A stretch of 64,000 nt of DNA from a virus (IMGVR_UViG_3300046522_000748), one strand, 5' to 3'. Positions 19,614 to 29,571 are shown, counted from the stretch's first letter. The notes: generated from the letters alone by a model not told the origin. Numbers and translations: made by a program.

Positions 19614-19747
19614 TTTCGATCCTCAGTTTGATTATTATTGTGCTTTGAACCGCACCTATAATATCAACCAAATAATCGAATAGATCAACATTTATTTAAT
19701 GCAAAAAGCCAGTAGCCGTTAAGCTACTGGCTTTTTTATGAGGGAAT

Positions 19748-20005
19748 TTACTTAACGTCGGCGACCTTAAGTTGCGCTTGGTGGAATGCGCCCTGCGCTT
19801 CTGAAAAGCTCCCGCCTTCGTAAATGGTGTCGTAGCCCAGGGTTACCTTGTAGCCGCCACCGATAAAGACACCAAAAATGAGTCGAGATGTCACGCCTTT
19901 TTGTTTTGCGTGCGGAATTGAGATGGAGGCGTATTCAACCAGCTTGTTTTTGCTCCATTCTTCAAAATCGCCTTTCACAATTTCGTTCATCGTCGATATC
20001 TCCAT
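19748..20005 (-). CDS. hypothetical protein
   Basis: Between box promoter 20041 and terminator ~19704-19737; start may be downstream Met. Confidence 0.65.
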   Translation of the reverse strand: MEISTMNEIVKGDFEEWSKNKLVEYASISIPHAKQKGVTSRLIFGVFIGGGYKVTLGYDTIYEGGSFSEAQGAFHQAQLKVADVK

Positions 20006-20040
20006 GGGAATGGCGCTATTCTACTGCCACCACACCAAAT

Positions 20041-20057
20041 TGTCAACATCAATGACA
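20041..20057 (-). promoter_or_regulatory. TGTCA-N7-TGACA box / promoter
   Basis: perfect box; TTGACA-17-TAGAAT. Confidence 0.85.
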
Positions 20058-20058
20058 A

Positions 20059-20679
20059 TTAATTCTTCGCATGCATGTTTTGATGGGCATTCCAGATTAA
20101 TTGTTTGAGCAATTCGACAATGCCGTGAGCGACAGCAGGGGAAAAGCCAATTTTGGCTTCAGGATCAGTCAGCGCGGCATCAGCCTTGGCGTCTGACTCA
20201 ATCAGACTGAGTGGGATCTCAAGTGCTTCCGTTGCGGACTCGTGAGCAATAATCTTCAAGCCATCTGTGGTGCCATAGGCTTGTTTCACTGCCTCAGTAA
20301 GGCCCAATATCATTTCAGACAAGAAGCCATTTCGCTCACTGACAGGTTTCAGCATTTCTGAATTAACGTCCGCCTCCATCTCACTCAGCGCGAAGCTGTA
20401 TTGCCTTCCTTGATGAACCACATTGATCTCAATGAAACGAGCAATGGCCCATTCAGGAAGCTGCTCGCTGTACTCTACCGCCGTTTGAGAGGCCTCATTG
20501 CCAAGCACAAAGGCTTCTACTTCGACGACCAACTCCTCGGCCAGTGTATGATAGAGGCCATTATTTAATGCCTGAGCATAAAGAATCATGTGTTCTTCTG
20601 TGCTGAAGACATATCGAACAGTCACAGGGGGTTCGTGGTGAGGGAATTTAACTTGGGTGGTGCCGACTATATAGGTCAT
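20059..20679 (-). CDS. hypothetical protein
   Basis: 206 aa ORF. Confidence 0.75.
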   Translation of the reverse strand: MTYIVGTTQVKFPHHEPPVTVRYVFSTEEHMILYAQALNNGLYHTLAEELVVEVEAFVLGNEASQTAVEYSEQLPEWAIARFIEINVVHQGRQYSFALSEMEADVNSEMLKPVSERNGFLSEMILGLTEAVKQAYGTTDGLKIIAHESATEALEIPLSLIESDAKADAALTDPEAKIGFSPAVAHGIVELLKQLIWNAHQNMHAKN

Positions 20680-20831
20680 ATCAATACATTTCTCTTATTG
20701 TTGGTTTCACGTATTTTACATTAAAAGCTAGCAAAAACATATAATTACGGATTAACGATAATTTGATTTTCTTTCGCCCAACAAAAAAAGAGGCCGAAGC
20801 CTCTTTTATCTGTTTGACGCCTATAATCAGG

Positions 20832-21401
20832 TCAAGCCGTGCAAACCGCCCAGCCCGGCAGCTCCGACACCACCTCCAGGCCAAAGTCGGCGGGGTTGGT
20901 AAACAGCTCACCGTTGGCGTTAATCAGTGAATCTTCCAGATCGGCGTGTTCGTCTTCTGTGGCTGGGGTAAAGCTGTCTTCGATAGCTCGATTTCGCTGA
21001 ACCAACGCCGCTACCAGCGTCTCCGTGGAGGCATCCAGCACGACCATCGCGATGCGTTCCGATTTGTCATCATCGAATAGATGGCCCCATCCCCCAACAA
21101 TGAATTTTTTCTCACTGGCTTCCGTAACCCAGTACGGCAGGCTGGTGACATCTTGAAGGCCGTAATCAGCAGGCCTTCCAAAAAGCTCGCTGTTTGCATT
21201 GATCAGAGAATCCTGCAATTCTCGATGTTCTTCCTTGGTCGCTGGAGTCAGGTGTTTTTCATCCTCACCTTTTCGGCGGTATATCATGGCTGCCACCAGA
21301 TGCCGCGTTGCAGTATCGATCACAATCAGGGTCGCACTTTCTTCTGGCTTGCCTTCAAAATGGTGCGCCCATAGGCCGGTGAGGTATGCTTTTTCGCTCA
21401 T
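20832..21401 (-). CDS. hypothetical protein made of two ~90 aa repeats
   Basis: TPAT.EH..L.DSLINAN.ELF..PAD.GL.....LP.W occurs twice. Confidence 0.8.
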   Translation of the reverse strand: MSEKAYLTGLWAHHFEGKPEESATLIVIDTATRHLVAAMIYRRKGEDEKHLTPATKEEHRELQDSLINANSELFGRPADYGLQDVTSLPYWVTEASEKKFIVGGWGHLFDDDKSERIAMVVLDASTETLVAALVQRNRAIEDSFTPATEDEHADLEDSLINANGELFTNPADFGLEVVSELPGWAVCTA

Positions 21402-21540
21402 TGCTGTACTCCGTCAGGTCAGTAATTTGACCATGATTCAAAGATTGGTAGAAAACATCTGGGTACGATGCCCGAAATTCCTGAATTTACTTCGATGCCT
21501 GATGCCAGCTTACGCTGAAGTGGCCAGCCGGTTGTTCTCC

Positions 21541-21900
21541 CTACCCGAAGACTTCCCTGAGATGCTCGGCGGCGCTGAGCAGGCCGAAGACCTCGCAGGT
21601 CGTCGCCAGATCCAGTGCCTGCGCCATAGTGGAATCCTGGCGTTGCGGTAGCTGGCCGATGTACGGGTGGCAGGCATCCAGGTCGAGCCGATGTTCAGCG
21701 CTTCGCACAATCATTACACGCAGATCGCGAATGTAATCGGCGGCGTCATACAGCCCCAGCCAGTTGGCCAGCACGTGGGCGTCCACAAGCTGCCCTTCCT
21801 TCACGTCCAGGCTCACTGCAAAGAGCGGGATGCGCTCAAGCACCTCGGCCAAACTGAATTGTTCTGCGCGAATCGGCAGGGTTACCTTGGAAGAGAGCAT
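21541..21900 (-). CDS. hypothetical protein
   Basis: 119 aa, GAGG RBS. Confidence 0.6.
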   Translation of the reverse strand: MLSSKVTLPIRAEQFSLAEVLERIPLFAVSLDVKEGQLVDAHVLANWLGLYDAADYIRDLRVMIVRSAEHRLDLDACHPYIGQLPQRQDSTMAQALDLATTCEVFGLLSAAEHLREVFG

Positions 21901-21966
21901 GGGGGACTACCTCGACCATCGCTGGGCCACTTAAGGGGCGAGTATCGCCCCTTGTATAGGGTTGGA

Positions 21967-22308
21967 TCAGATGTCTTGACGCGAGCGTTCGCTGTCGTTG
22001 GCCAAGGCGCGGAAATCTTCCCACTTCATGGCAACGATGCGCTCAAAGAGTTCGACTTGTTCTTGGCTCGGGCCGAAATAACCTGAGTCCTGTTTGCCGA
22101 GGTTGTCAGTGACCACAAAGCCCCTGCGGTCGCCCTCGGGTTCTTTCAGGATGGCGACGCCGTTCATTTCAGACCCAATCAGACCCATCGCATTGTAGGC
22201 ACCGTACACCAGTACGCGGAATTTGCCATTTGGGCCGAAGTCCACAATCTTGTCAGAGGTGACCCCAACGAACTGGGCTACGGTAGGGTGGGTGCTGATA
22301 ACGGTCAT
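21967..22308 (-). CDS. hypothetical protein
   Basis: Start MTVIST after AGGA; box promoter 22363. Confidence 0.7.
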   Translation of the reverse strand: MTVISTHPTVAQFVGVTSDKIVDFGPNGKFRVLVYGAYNAMGLIGSEMNGVAILKEPEGDRRGFVVTDNLGKQDSGYFGPSQEQVELFERIVAMKWEDFRALANDSERSRQDI

Positions 22309-22362
22309 CGTGGCATTCCTGACTGGTTTTGATGTGCCCATTATACAGCGCATGGGCACTTA

Positions 22363-22379
22363 TGTCAATACAATTGACA
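22363..22379 (-). promoter_or_regulatory. TGTCA-N7-TGACA box / promoter
   Basis: perfect box; TTGACA-17-TATAAT. Confidence 0.85.
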
Positions 22380-22380
22380 A

Positions 22381-23169
22381 TTAAGCGGCGTTTAGTGCCA
22401 AACCTCGCGCCACCACCTGTGCTTCAAAGCTTTCGAGCAGTTCAGTGGTCGAGGCAAGCTTGGTTTCAGGCCCGAAACCTACCAGGGTATTAGCTGCCAG
22501 TTCCAAAATCTTGGCGCGATGCTCGTGGTATGCGACGGTTTTGGCATCGTTCCAGTCTTCAAGAAATTGAATTTGCCCCATCACGCAGAGCACTGCTTGG
22601 CGAATGGGCTCGCCCAGCTCCATTGCTTCTTTGTCGGCAACTTTTCGGTGTTGATCCATTTCTGGATACAGGTACTGGCCTGCTTCAATGGCATCCAGAA
22701 CTTCGTCATCACACAGCATTTCGAAAAGATTTTTTTGTAGAGTCGAATGGGTCTCGCGCAATTGCAGAATCCACTCGGCGGTAGGGGTCAATGTCTCAAG
22801 ACGTTGACCGTAGAAGACTGCTGCATCACGCTTCTCATCAAACGTGGTGAAGGAGATGTGGAAGCCTCGGGCCTGAATCACTGCGCAGGCGGAATAGTCG
22901 CAGCATTCCGGGTAGGCGCGTTTGCTCGGTAGCATGGCCTGGATTTCAACCGACGTGCCTTGCAGGTGGTTGATCACCAGTTGATCATGGTTGTACGTCA
23001 GAACATGGATGACGCCATCTTCCAGGTAGGTGTGGATAGTGCCTGCGCCGTCGCAGTGATAGCCATAGATCAAGGTGCGAGAAATATGCGGATCGCGAAT
23101 GTCGGAAATCGAGAGGCAGGTCGGCTGGGCTTCCACGTGGCAAAGGTTTTCGTAGGCTTCTTTGTTCAT
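22381..23169 (-). CDS. hypothetical protein, paralog family A
   Basis: RTLIYG...HTYL...YPECCD. Confidence 0.8.
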   Translation of the reverse strand: MNKEAYENLCHVEAQPTCLSISDIRDPHISRTLIYGYHCDGAGTIHTYLEDGVIHVLTYNHDQLVINHLQGTSVEIQAMLPSKRAYPECCDYSACAVIQARGFHISFTTFDEKRDAAVFYGQRLETLTPTAEWILQLRETHSTLQKNLFEMLCDDEVLDAIEAGQYLYPEMDQHRKVADKEAMELGEPIRQAVLCVMGQIQFLEDWNDAKTVAYHEHRAKILELAANTLVGFGPETKLASTTELLESFEAQVVARGLALNAA

Positions 23170-23219
23170 GAGAGGTACTCAATTGGGAATGGTGTCAGTA
23201 TAGTCATTGTCGCCGCAAT

Positions 23220-23236
23220 TGTCAATCACATTGACA
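23220..23236 (-). promoter_or_regulatory. TGTCA-N7-TGACA box / promoter
   Basis: perfect box containing the stop of the upstream gene; TTGACA-17-TATACT. Confidence 0.85.
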
Positions 23237-24044
23237 CTTTGGCGTTGAAATCGCTCAACCCCAACTTATCAGCGGCTTCGCGGATATCCATAAAGAGTTT
23301 GATGATCTTAAATGCATAATCCTCAGGCGGCTCAACGGGCTCTGTTTGTGCCTTGATTTTTTCTTCGAGAAGATCATCATGAAATTTCACAATGGTCTGC
23401 AACAACAGTTCAAAATCCAGGTGATCCTGAGTGGTCAGCTTTGTCAGGCTGTCGAGGTTTTCTGCGACCCGCTGAAGATGACGGATGGGCCGACTCAGAT
23501 CATGCTCTTCGGCAAAAATGCGTTGTTCGCGATTGTTTTCGCCTAGTGTGGCTGGAAAGTTATTCTGGATAGTCGCAGTCGCGAGCTGACGCGTTTCGGC
23601 GCGCACACGTTGGCAGAGTGCTACCAGATCCAGTCGTTCTTTTGGCGGTGCGGCCAATTGCCCCCAGGTTTTGCCATGCAGAGCCTGTTGCACCCACTGC
23701 GCATCAGACACTTCAAACTTGATGTTGGCTCCGCGTTCCACCAAAAGGCGGCACAGTTCGGCATCACAAGCGTTCGCAAAAGCGTGAATATTGGGGACAA
23801 ACGTTTCCAGTGCCAGCGACTCGCCCCTCCAACACTGGGTCATCCGCCCCTTGTCATTGTAATTGAAGGCGATAAAACGCCCTTCGCAGATATACACATG
23901 ATGGTGAAACAGCTCGGAATTCAGCATGGAGGCGCCGAAAATAACCGTGCGGTTGCTCTGATCAGACAACTCGGTCACGTGGATTCGAACTTTGTTTGGT
24001 TGTCGTTGCAGTACCAACAGGGCTTCATATTGCGCTGGTTTCAT
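23226..24044 (-). CDS. hypothetical protein, paralog family A
   Basis: RTVIFG...HVYI...FANACD..C. Confidence 0.8.
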   Translation of the reverse strand: MKPAQYEALLVLQRQPNKVRIHVTELSDQSNRTVIFGASMLNSELFHHHVYICEGRFIAFNYNDKGRMTQCWRGESLALETFVPNIHAFANACDAELCRLLVERGANIKFEVSDAQWVQQALHGKTWGQLAAPPKERLDLVALCQRVRAETRQLATATIQNNFPATLGENNREQRIFAEEHDLSRPIRHLQRVAENLDSLTKLTTQDHLDFELLLQTIVKFHDDLLEEKIKAQTEPVEPPEDYAFKIIKLFMDIREAADKLGLSDFNAKVSM

Positions 24045-24091
24045 CTCGTTCTTCCGTAATCAAGGGCTGGAAAGCAGCGCAATGCAGCCGC

Positions 24092-24403
24092 CTAGTTGGC
24101 TGGGTTCGGGTAGTGACGCACAATGCTGGTCGGAATTGCATGCGCGATTCCGGAACTGGTTTGCATCCAGTGCTGAACGTCATAGCCCAGCTTGATGGCC
24201 TTGTTCACGGCATCTGGAAGCGAGTAGCAATCCTCGATGTTGACGAAATCAACATCGTTGTTCTCTTTCCTCAGGTGGATGTAGAACCCTTTGCCAGGAT
24301 TGCGTTTATTGAAGTCTGGATCATCGTCCATCACCAGCAGCATCTTTGGCAGATTCGCTGGCGGCGTTGCGTCGATGACTTTAAAATCGCTGGGCTTGGT
24401 CAT
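24092..24403 (-). CDS. hypothetical protein
   Basis: Start MTKPSD behind box promoter 24464. Confidence 0.7.
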   Translation of the reverse strand: MTKPSDFKVIDATPPANLPKMLLVMDDDPDFNKRNPGKGFYIHLRKENNDVDFVNIEDCYSLPDAVNKAIKLGYDVQHWMQTSSGIAHAIPTSIVRHYPNPAN

Positions 24404-24463
24404 GGGAATACCTGTAAGCGCATTTGTTTGTGTGATGGCCAGTATAGCTGGCATACGCACAAC

Positions 24464-24563
24464 TGTCAATGCAAATGACATTTTTCCGAGTATTATCTGT
24501 ACCTATAATGGAGGGTGTTTTTGTGTTTATGATATTGACATGATGACCTGATATCGCTATACT
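24464..24563. promoter_or_regulatory. divergent pair of box promoters
   Basis: Perfect box 24464-24480 (leftward) and variant 24524-24540 (rightward), both TTGACA-17-TATACT. Confidence 0.8.
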
Positions 24564-24587
24564 GGGCACATTCCAAAGGAGATCGTC

Positions 24588-25367
24588 ATGTCGTTCAAAC
24601 ACCTGACCCCTGCACACACAATCAAGATGCGCCAAGCGGTCGCTGAAATGAGCGGCATCATCGCTGTGGCTCAGACGATTAAAGATCCAGTGCTGTCGGC
24701 AAGCATCGTCAGTAAGACCCAGTACGCCATTGACGAGCTGAAGGCGCGTTACGCTGAAATCGAAAATGAAGACGGCACCGTGTTGGTCAAACACCCTGCC
24801 ATCGGTTACGTGACTGTCGATGAGGCCTTGTGCGAAGAGCCTGTGCGCCTGTTTGCCTCCAAAGTGCAGTCGCTGAGCACCAACCGGATTCGCCTGTACG
24901 GCGCCGACGCACTGGTTGGCGTTGACGGCAACGTCACCTACGTCAACCGCAAGTTGATCATTGATGTTGAAATGACTCAAATGGCGTTTGCGTCCCTGTT
25001 GGCCAATCCTGGCCGTGGCGAGTATGCCGCGACCATCCGTGAGTTGAATGGCGTGCCTGTCAGCTATGACGGCGACCTGAACAGCAAGCGCGGCAAACTG
25101 ATGTTCAATGAATCCCTGAATTCCACCGAAGGCATGGCTCAATGGGCTGTGAAGCTGGTCGAGCAAGCTCAAGAGGCTGCCAACAAGGGTGGTACTCTGA
25201 GCAAAGGGGCTCGCGCTGAGATGGACAAAAATGCGGAAGTCCTGAGTAGCTGGACAGAAAGCAACCCGGCGTTCTACGCCCAGCTTCTGGCTGACTTCAC
25301 CGCTTCGACGACCACTGACATGAAGATGGAAATCATGTCCGCCACCAAATTCATGGGGAAAAAATAA
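24588..25367 (+). CDS. hypothetical protein, distant paralog of next gene
   Basis: 259 aa, AAGGAG RBS, biased codon usage. Confidence 0.85.
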   Translation: MSFKHLTPAHTIKMRQAVAEMSGIIAVAQTIKDPVLSASIVSKTQYAIDELKARYAEIENEDGTVLVKHPAIGYVTVDEALCEEPVRLFASKVQSLSTNRIRLYGADALVGVDGNVTYVNRKLIIDVEMTQMAFASLLANPGRGEYAATIRELNGVPVSYDGDLNSKRGKLMFNESLNSTEGMAQWAVKLVEQAQEAANKGGTLSKGARAEMDKNAEVLSSWTESNPAFYAQLLADFTASTTTDMKMEIMSATKFMGKK

Positions 25368-26284
25368 TGAGCCACTATTTCTCGATTCGTGATTTGGGTT
25401 TGACTCTTGAAGAGGCTCAAGCCCTGCGTGACTGCGCCATCGAGCGCCAGCCTGAGCTGGTCAAGGTGGTTGGCGAATACGCGCTCAAAGAGGAAGAGCG
25501 CACGCTGAAGGATTTGCGTAGTGCAGCGGAAGCCAACAAGATTCCCCATGAAAAGGTGGGTGAACTGCTGGCCATTCGCAACTTTTCTCGTGACAAGCTG
25601 ACGGCTGAACATATGACTCCGCTGATTTTCGAAGCGAAGTTCAATTCGGAGCACGGCGTGTTCACTGAACATGAAAGCTTTGGTTGCATGTCCAACCATT
25701 CGAGCACCAGCACGCACCCGACTTTCGTGGGCACCCCGACGCTGGACAGCAGCATGGTCAACTTGCGCTTTCACCGCGCTCAGTTGAGCTGCGACCGTTT
25801 TTCCAGTGAAGAACCTTCCATGGATTCGACTCGGGCGCTGGGTGAATTTGATTTGTCCGCTGATCAGTTCGCCGGTCTGATGCGTGAGCGCAACTCGGGC
25901 AGCCCTTGTGCCATCGGTCGTGACGGCTCGAAATTGCTGGACGCACCGCCGCGCATGATTTCCAGCGTGACCATCGCTGCCGAAACAAAGCTGAAGGCCA
26001 AGGCGATTGTTGCGCCATTGATGCAAGCGTGCAAAACCATGCGTGAACATTTGGCTGGCGCCGCGAAGATCAGTACCAAGGCCGATTATGCTTTGCTGAT
26101 TCAGCATGCGCTGAATGTTCAGGAGGCGATGGACTTGGTGCGCCCTCCCCTGCGCGCCCTGTTGGCTGAAACAGCAGGCCTGCTGGCGGAGTCTTCGACC
26201 AAGCAACTGATGTCGGAGATTGCCGAACCGCTCAAGGCCTTGGGGATGGACGCTGCTGAAGTGCTGCGCTTGATGAACCACTAA
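25367..26284 (+). CDS. hypothetical protein, distant paralog of previous gene
   Basis: 305 aa, TAATG coupling. Confidence 0.85.
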   Translation: MSHYFSIRDLGLTLEEAQALRDCAIERQPELVKVVGEYALKEEERTLKDLRSAAEANKIPHEKVGELLAIRNFSRDKLTAEHMTPLIFEAKFNSEHGVFTEHESFGCMSNHSSTSTHPTFVGTPTLDSSMVNLRFHRAQLSCDRFSSEEPSMDSTRALGEFDLSADQFAGLMRERNSGSPCAIGRDGSKLLDAPPRMISSVTIAAETKLKAKAIVAPLMQACKTMREHLAGAAKISTKADYALLIQHALNVQEAMDLVRPPLRALLAETAGLLAESSTKQLMSEIAEPLKALGMDAAEVLRLMNH

Positions 26285-26374
26285 GTCTCAGTAACGCGGG
26301 TCAAAGGAGGGGGCGATGAGAATCGCCCTTTTCTTTGGTTGCCAGCAAAACCACTGATAATTAAAGGAGTCTTT

Positions 26375-26566
26375 ATGGAATCGTGGGTAAACGAAAAAGA
26401 ACATCACGTTGCGTTTTTTGAACGCAAAGTCCAGGCACTCGGATTGCCTATCGAGAAAACAAAGGCGGAAGGTTGCTATCAAGATCCTACTGTTGAGCAA
26501 CTGTGGGCGTTCTACCGACTGGGTGTAGAACAAGAGAACCAAGAGTGGCAGAAGGACTACTGCTGA
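26375..26566 (+). CDS. hypothetical protein
   Basis: AAGGAG RBS, MESWVN start. Confidence 0.65.
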   Translation: MESWVNEKEHHVAFFERKVQALGLPIEKTKAEGCYQDPTVEQLWAFYRLGVEQENQEWQKDYC

Positions 26567-26620
26567 CTTTGACTGCGCAGAGCGCTATAATATTCAACTA
26601 TTGAACACGGACATTTACCC

Positions 26621-27091
26621 ATGATTGCCACCTCGCTGAATACCGCACATGCCTTTTTGCTCCTCGCATCCACTGAGGGCATGAGGCTGACGAACCTGCG
26701 ATTGCAGCGTTTGGTGATCATTGCGCATGGCGCTCATCTCGCGGCGTACAATGAGCCGCTATTCAGGGAGCCGGTACTTGCCTGGGATTTTGGTCCTGTC
26801 GTTTCAGATCTCTATGATTCTTTGAGGCATTACGGATCTGGGTATGTCGATTGCGAGGGGCCAGGAGTGCATCAGTCCCTTCTGGCTCTGAATCATGGCG
26901 CAAGTCAGGCCATACGAGCCGCTTGGGAGGCCTACAAGGCTTACGATGAGTCGCGGCTTGGTCAGTGCCTAAAGGGTATCAAAAGTCCTTGGTACGGCGT
27001 CTGGAATGGTCGTGGCACACGCTATACGGTCATTTCGAACGAGCTGTTCAAAGAATACTACGCCAACAAGATCAGAAGGCTGGCCGCTTAA
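26621..27091 (+). CDS. Panacea/DUF4065 (SocA/GepA-like) antitoxin-domain protein
   Basis: TNLRLQRLV..AHG..L.....LF.E...AW.FGPVV..LY. Confidence 0.85.
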   Translation: MIATSLNTAHAFLLLASTEGMRLTNLRLQRLVIIAHGAHLAAYNEPLFREPVLAWDFGPVVSDLYDSLRHYGSGYVDCEGPGVHQSLLALNHGASQAIRAAWEAYKAYDESRLGQCLKGIKSPWYGVWNGRGTRYTVISNELFKEYYANKIRRLAA

Positions 27092-27128
27092 AATGCCCAT
27101 CTGATCTTGGGCTCACTTATGAATATTT

Positions 27129-27500
27129 TTAATCAACCAGCGCTGGTGAAATCGGCTGTACTTTGATTTCGCCCTCTGTAAAATTCAGAGGAACACCACG
27201 CTTCAAAATCTCAAGACAAAATCCGTGATCCGATGTTACTGGATAGACAAAATCCGGAACCATGAAATCCGTATCCATTTCATTGCCTGCTTGGAAATCA
27301 AGCATCCTGCGAGATGGGGTGTAATGCATGCAGCACAGGCGATTATTTTCCAGGTAAGTGTGAATATAACGGCCATCTTTCCTATGACCCAAGAGTATCG
27401 TGCGGTCTACATCATTGTCCGGTACATCGTCCCATGAAATTTCAACATTCGGGGTTGGGGTTTTGAATTGTTTGAGTGCTTCAAGCTGTTCTGGAGTCAT
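27129..27500 (-). CDS. hypothetical protein, paralog family A (domain only)
   Basis: RTILLG...HTYL...YPVTSD..FC. Confidence 0.75.
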   Translation of the reverse strand: MTPEQLEALKQFKTPTPNVEISWDDVPDNDVDRTILLGHRKDGRYIHTYLENNRLCCMHYTPSRRMLDFQAGNEMDTDFMVPDFVYPVTSDHGFCLEILKRGVPLNFTEGEIKVQPISPALVD

Positions 27501-27549
27501 GGAATAAATCCTTCGGTATGCCCACCAAAAAAATGATGGGAGTGTTTAA

Positions 27550-28083
27550 TTAAAAGTAAATCGATTTATCTTGATTATGATGTTTGCACTCCAGCACTTC
27601 GCCCGTCAGCGCATCAACCAGTCGTGATTCGATAACCCATGAATCAGCATCCAGGTGCATCTCGGGAAGTTCTTTTTCAAAAAGATCTCTCGCGTGATTT
27701 TCATGGAAAATGGTCATCCATTCAGGATCTTTGTGATATGGCTTGCGAGAAGGCCCATCCATGGAGGCGTAATATACTGCGCCACACGCTGATGCATATT
27801 CAATCCTGCAATTGCGCTGTGAACTTTTAAAATAGTCTTCACCAAGATCTCGAATGGATTGCTGAACCTCCTCAAGAGTACAGTTTCGGTCTACTGCCCA
27901 ATCATTTTTTCTATGCCAATTGGGTAGGCCAAACAGTCGCCACTCGAAGACATTTTGATCGCTAAGGCCATTCGAAAAAACACCAACAGGCACATCATTG
28001 TAAAGCACTTGAATATAAACATCTCGAAGTGGATAGTTATCAACTGCTTTTTCTTCGGGTGCAAGTTGCTTGAAGGTAAACAT
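27550..28083 (-). CDS. hypothetical protein, paralog family B
   Basis: MFTF.QL...PVGVFS...W.LF...SACG. Confidence 0.75.
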   Translation of the reverse strand: MFTFKQLAPEEKAVDNYPLRDVYIQVLYNDVPVGVFSNGLSDQNVFEWRLFGLPNWHRKNDWAVDRNCTLEEVQQSIRDLGEDYFKSSQRNCRIEYASACGAVYYASMDGPSRKPYHKDPEWMTIFHENHARDLFEKELPEMHLDADSWVIESRLVDALTGEVLECKHHNQDKSIYF

Positions 28084-28086
28084 GAC

Positions 28087-28344
28087 CTACTCCTGCTCTT
28101 GAGTTTTTGGCTTTTCGCTCTTTGCAGTCACTTGATCAATGAGCCTGTCAGCATTGCATGCCTTTGCGAATGGGCCAGGAATTGCAAAACACTCAAAAAA
28201 ACTGCCTTCATTCGGTTGCATCGCTTTCTCGCTCACCGGTTCCGGTGAGTTTGGCTGCATATACAAAATAATCACAGCGCCGCCACCCATTCCCAGCAGG
28301 AAGACCATTTGGACTGCAATCCATATCAGCACCCGATTGTTCAT
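28087..28344 (-). CDS. small membrane protein
   Basis: N-terminal hydrophobic helix. Confidence 0.6.
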   Translation of the reverse strand: MNNRVLIWIAVQMVFLLGMGGGAVIILYMQPNSPEPVSEKAMQPNEGSFFECFAIPGPFAKACNADRLIDQVTAKSEKPKTQEQE

Positions 28345-28929
28345 TCAGATGTCCACCCGTTGTTCATAAAGCATGGGGGCGTCCACGTAGTTTATCAGCA
28401 GTTCTTCACCGGTCATATCATCCATGATCATGCTTTTTGTAATAAAGTCGCCAGTCACATCCAGGATTGGATTATCGTTGGTGAGCGATTTAAGGGCGTT
28501 TTCAGCATCAACATAAGTGAAAGGATGAGCCTCCATCCGTCCATTGACGATTGGGTAACAGGCTTTGCCATCCTTGCCGATTGCATGGCTTCGGAAATAG
28601 CAAAATCCATAGGCAGAGATGTGCATGATGATCGATGACCGCTCAGGAACTGTGAGCGACTCGAATCGCATCAATCGCACTTTGGAGAGTGCTTCTCGTA
28701 GCGTCAGCTCTGGCATCTCGAAAACACGTCGATCTGCCGTGCGAATGAGCTTCCAATTACAAACGGGATCACGCACATCGTTGCCTTCGCTTTTCGGATC
28801 ATCCTGATGGGTCAGCACCGCAAGTTGCTTTCTCGTGGCTACATCCAATACGGCGACATTCAAAACGCTCGGTGTTGAGCCATGCAGCGTATAAAACTCT
28901 ATGCTTGAATTGGGGGTATGTTGAGGCAT
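28345..28929 (-). CDS. hypothetical protein, paralog family B
   Basis: IEF..L...LAVLT...W.LIR..D...SAYG. Confidence 0.75.
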   Translation of the reverse strand: MPQHTPNSSIEFYTLHGSTPSVLNVAVLDVATRKQLAVLTHQDDPKSEGNDVRDPVCNWKLIRTADRRVFEMPELTLREALSKVRLMRFESLTVPERSSIIMHISAYGFCYFRSHAIGKDGKACYPIVNGRMEAHPFTYVDAENALKSLTNDNPILDVTGDFITKSMIMDDMTGEELLINYVDAPMLYEQRVDI

Positions 28930-28972
28930 GACTCATTATCCGGACATTTGATGGTTTTTGATTGCGGCGCGT

Positions 28973-29515
28973 TTAGCTTGTAGCCTTGTCGTACAGCGTT
29001 GCCGATTGTTTGTTCTCAATTGCTTTCGATTTGATGACGATACCGTCAGAAATATTGGCAACAGTGACTTCCACAAACCAATCACCAGGAATCGAAACTC
29101 CCAATGGTCGATAATGATCTTCTGCCTGTTCAAACATCGCCAAACATTGATCTCGGCTCATCGCCAGTGCTCGGGTTTCATCTTGTATCAAGCCATAACG
29201 TGAGTCACTATAGTGCAGACTCAGGCCATATGCGGTTTTGAAGGTCAGTCGGTATTTCGGCTGGAGGTCTTGAATAACAACTGTCTGAACGTAATCCAGC
29301 GCATCCTTCGTCGAAGGAAAAGTTCGGTTGTCGAACAGTGCCATGTGATCACTCAGGCGATAAAGTACCCACCGCTGCTGTTTTTTGTCAGCATCCGAAT
29401 GCGATTGTCCTGATCCACGGTGATTGCTCAAAATGGCTACTGGTGCTCCATCTTTCAATACGTGGTAGCTACTGACAAAAGTTTTTTGAGAGTTGAGTTT
29501 AGCGAATTCGTACAT
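28973..29515 (-). CDS. hypothetical protein, paralog family B
   Basis: MYEF..L...HVL..G.PVAILS...W.LYRL.D...TAYG...GDW.V. Confidence 0.8.
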   Translation of the reverse strand: MYEFAKLNSQKTFVSSYHVLKDGAPVAILSNHRGSGQSHSDADKKQQRWVLYRLSDHMALFDNRTFPSTKDALDYVQTVVIQDLQPKYRLTFKTAYGLSLHYSDSRYGLIQDETRALAMSRDQCLAMFEQAEDHYRPLGVSIPGDWFVEVTVANISDGIVIKSKAIENKQSATLYDKATS

Positions 29516-29571
29516 GTGGATCTCCTTTGCCCGTTCCAGCTCCGCTGTCCCGGAATAATGACCAGCGGTGG

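Noticed and set aside
24381-26281. 263-aa and 335-aa minus-strand ORFs
   Set aside because: Shadows of the plus-strand operon
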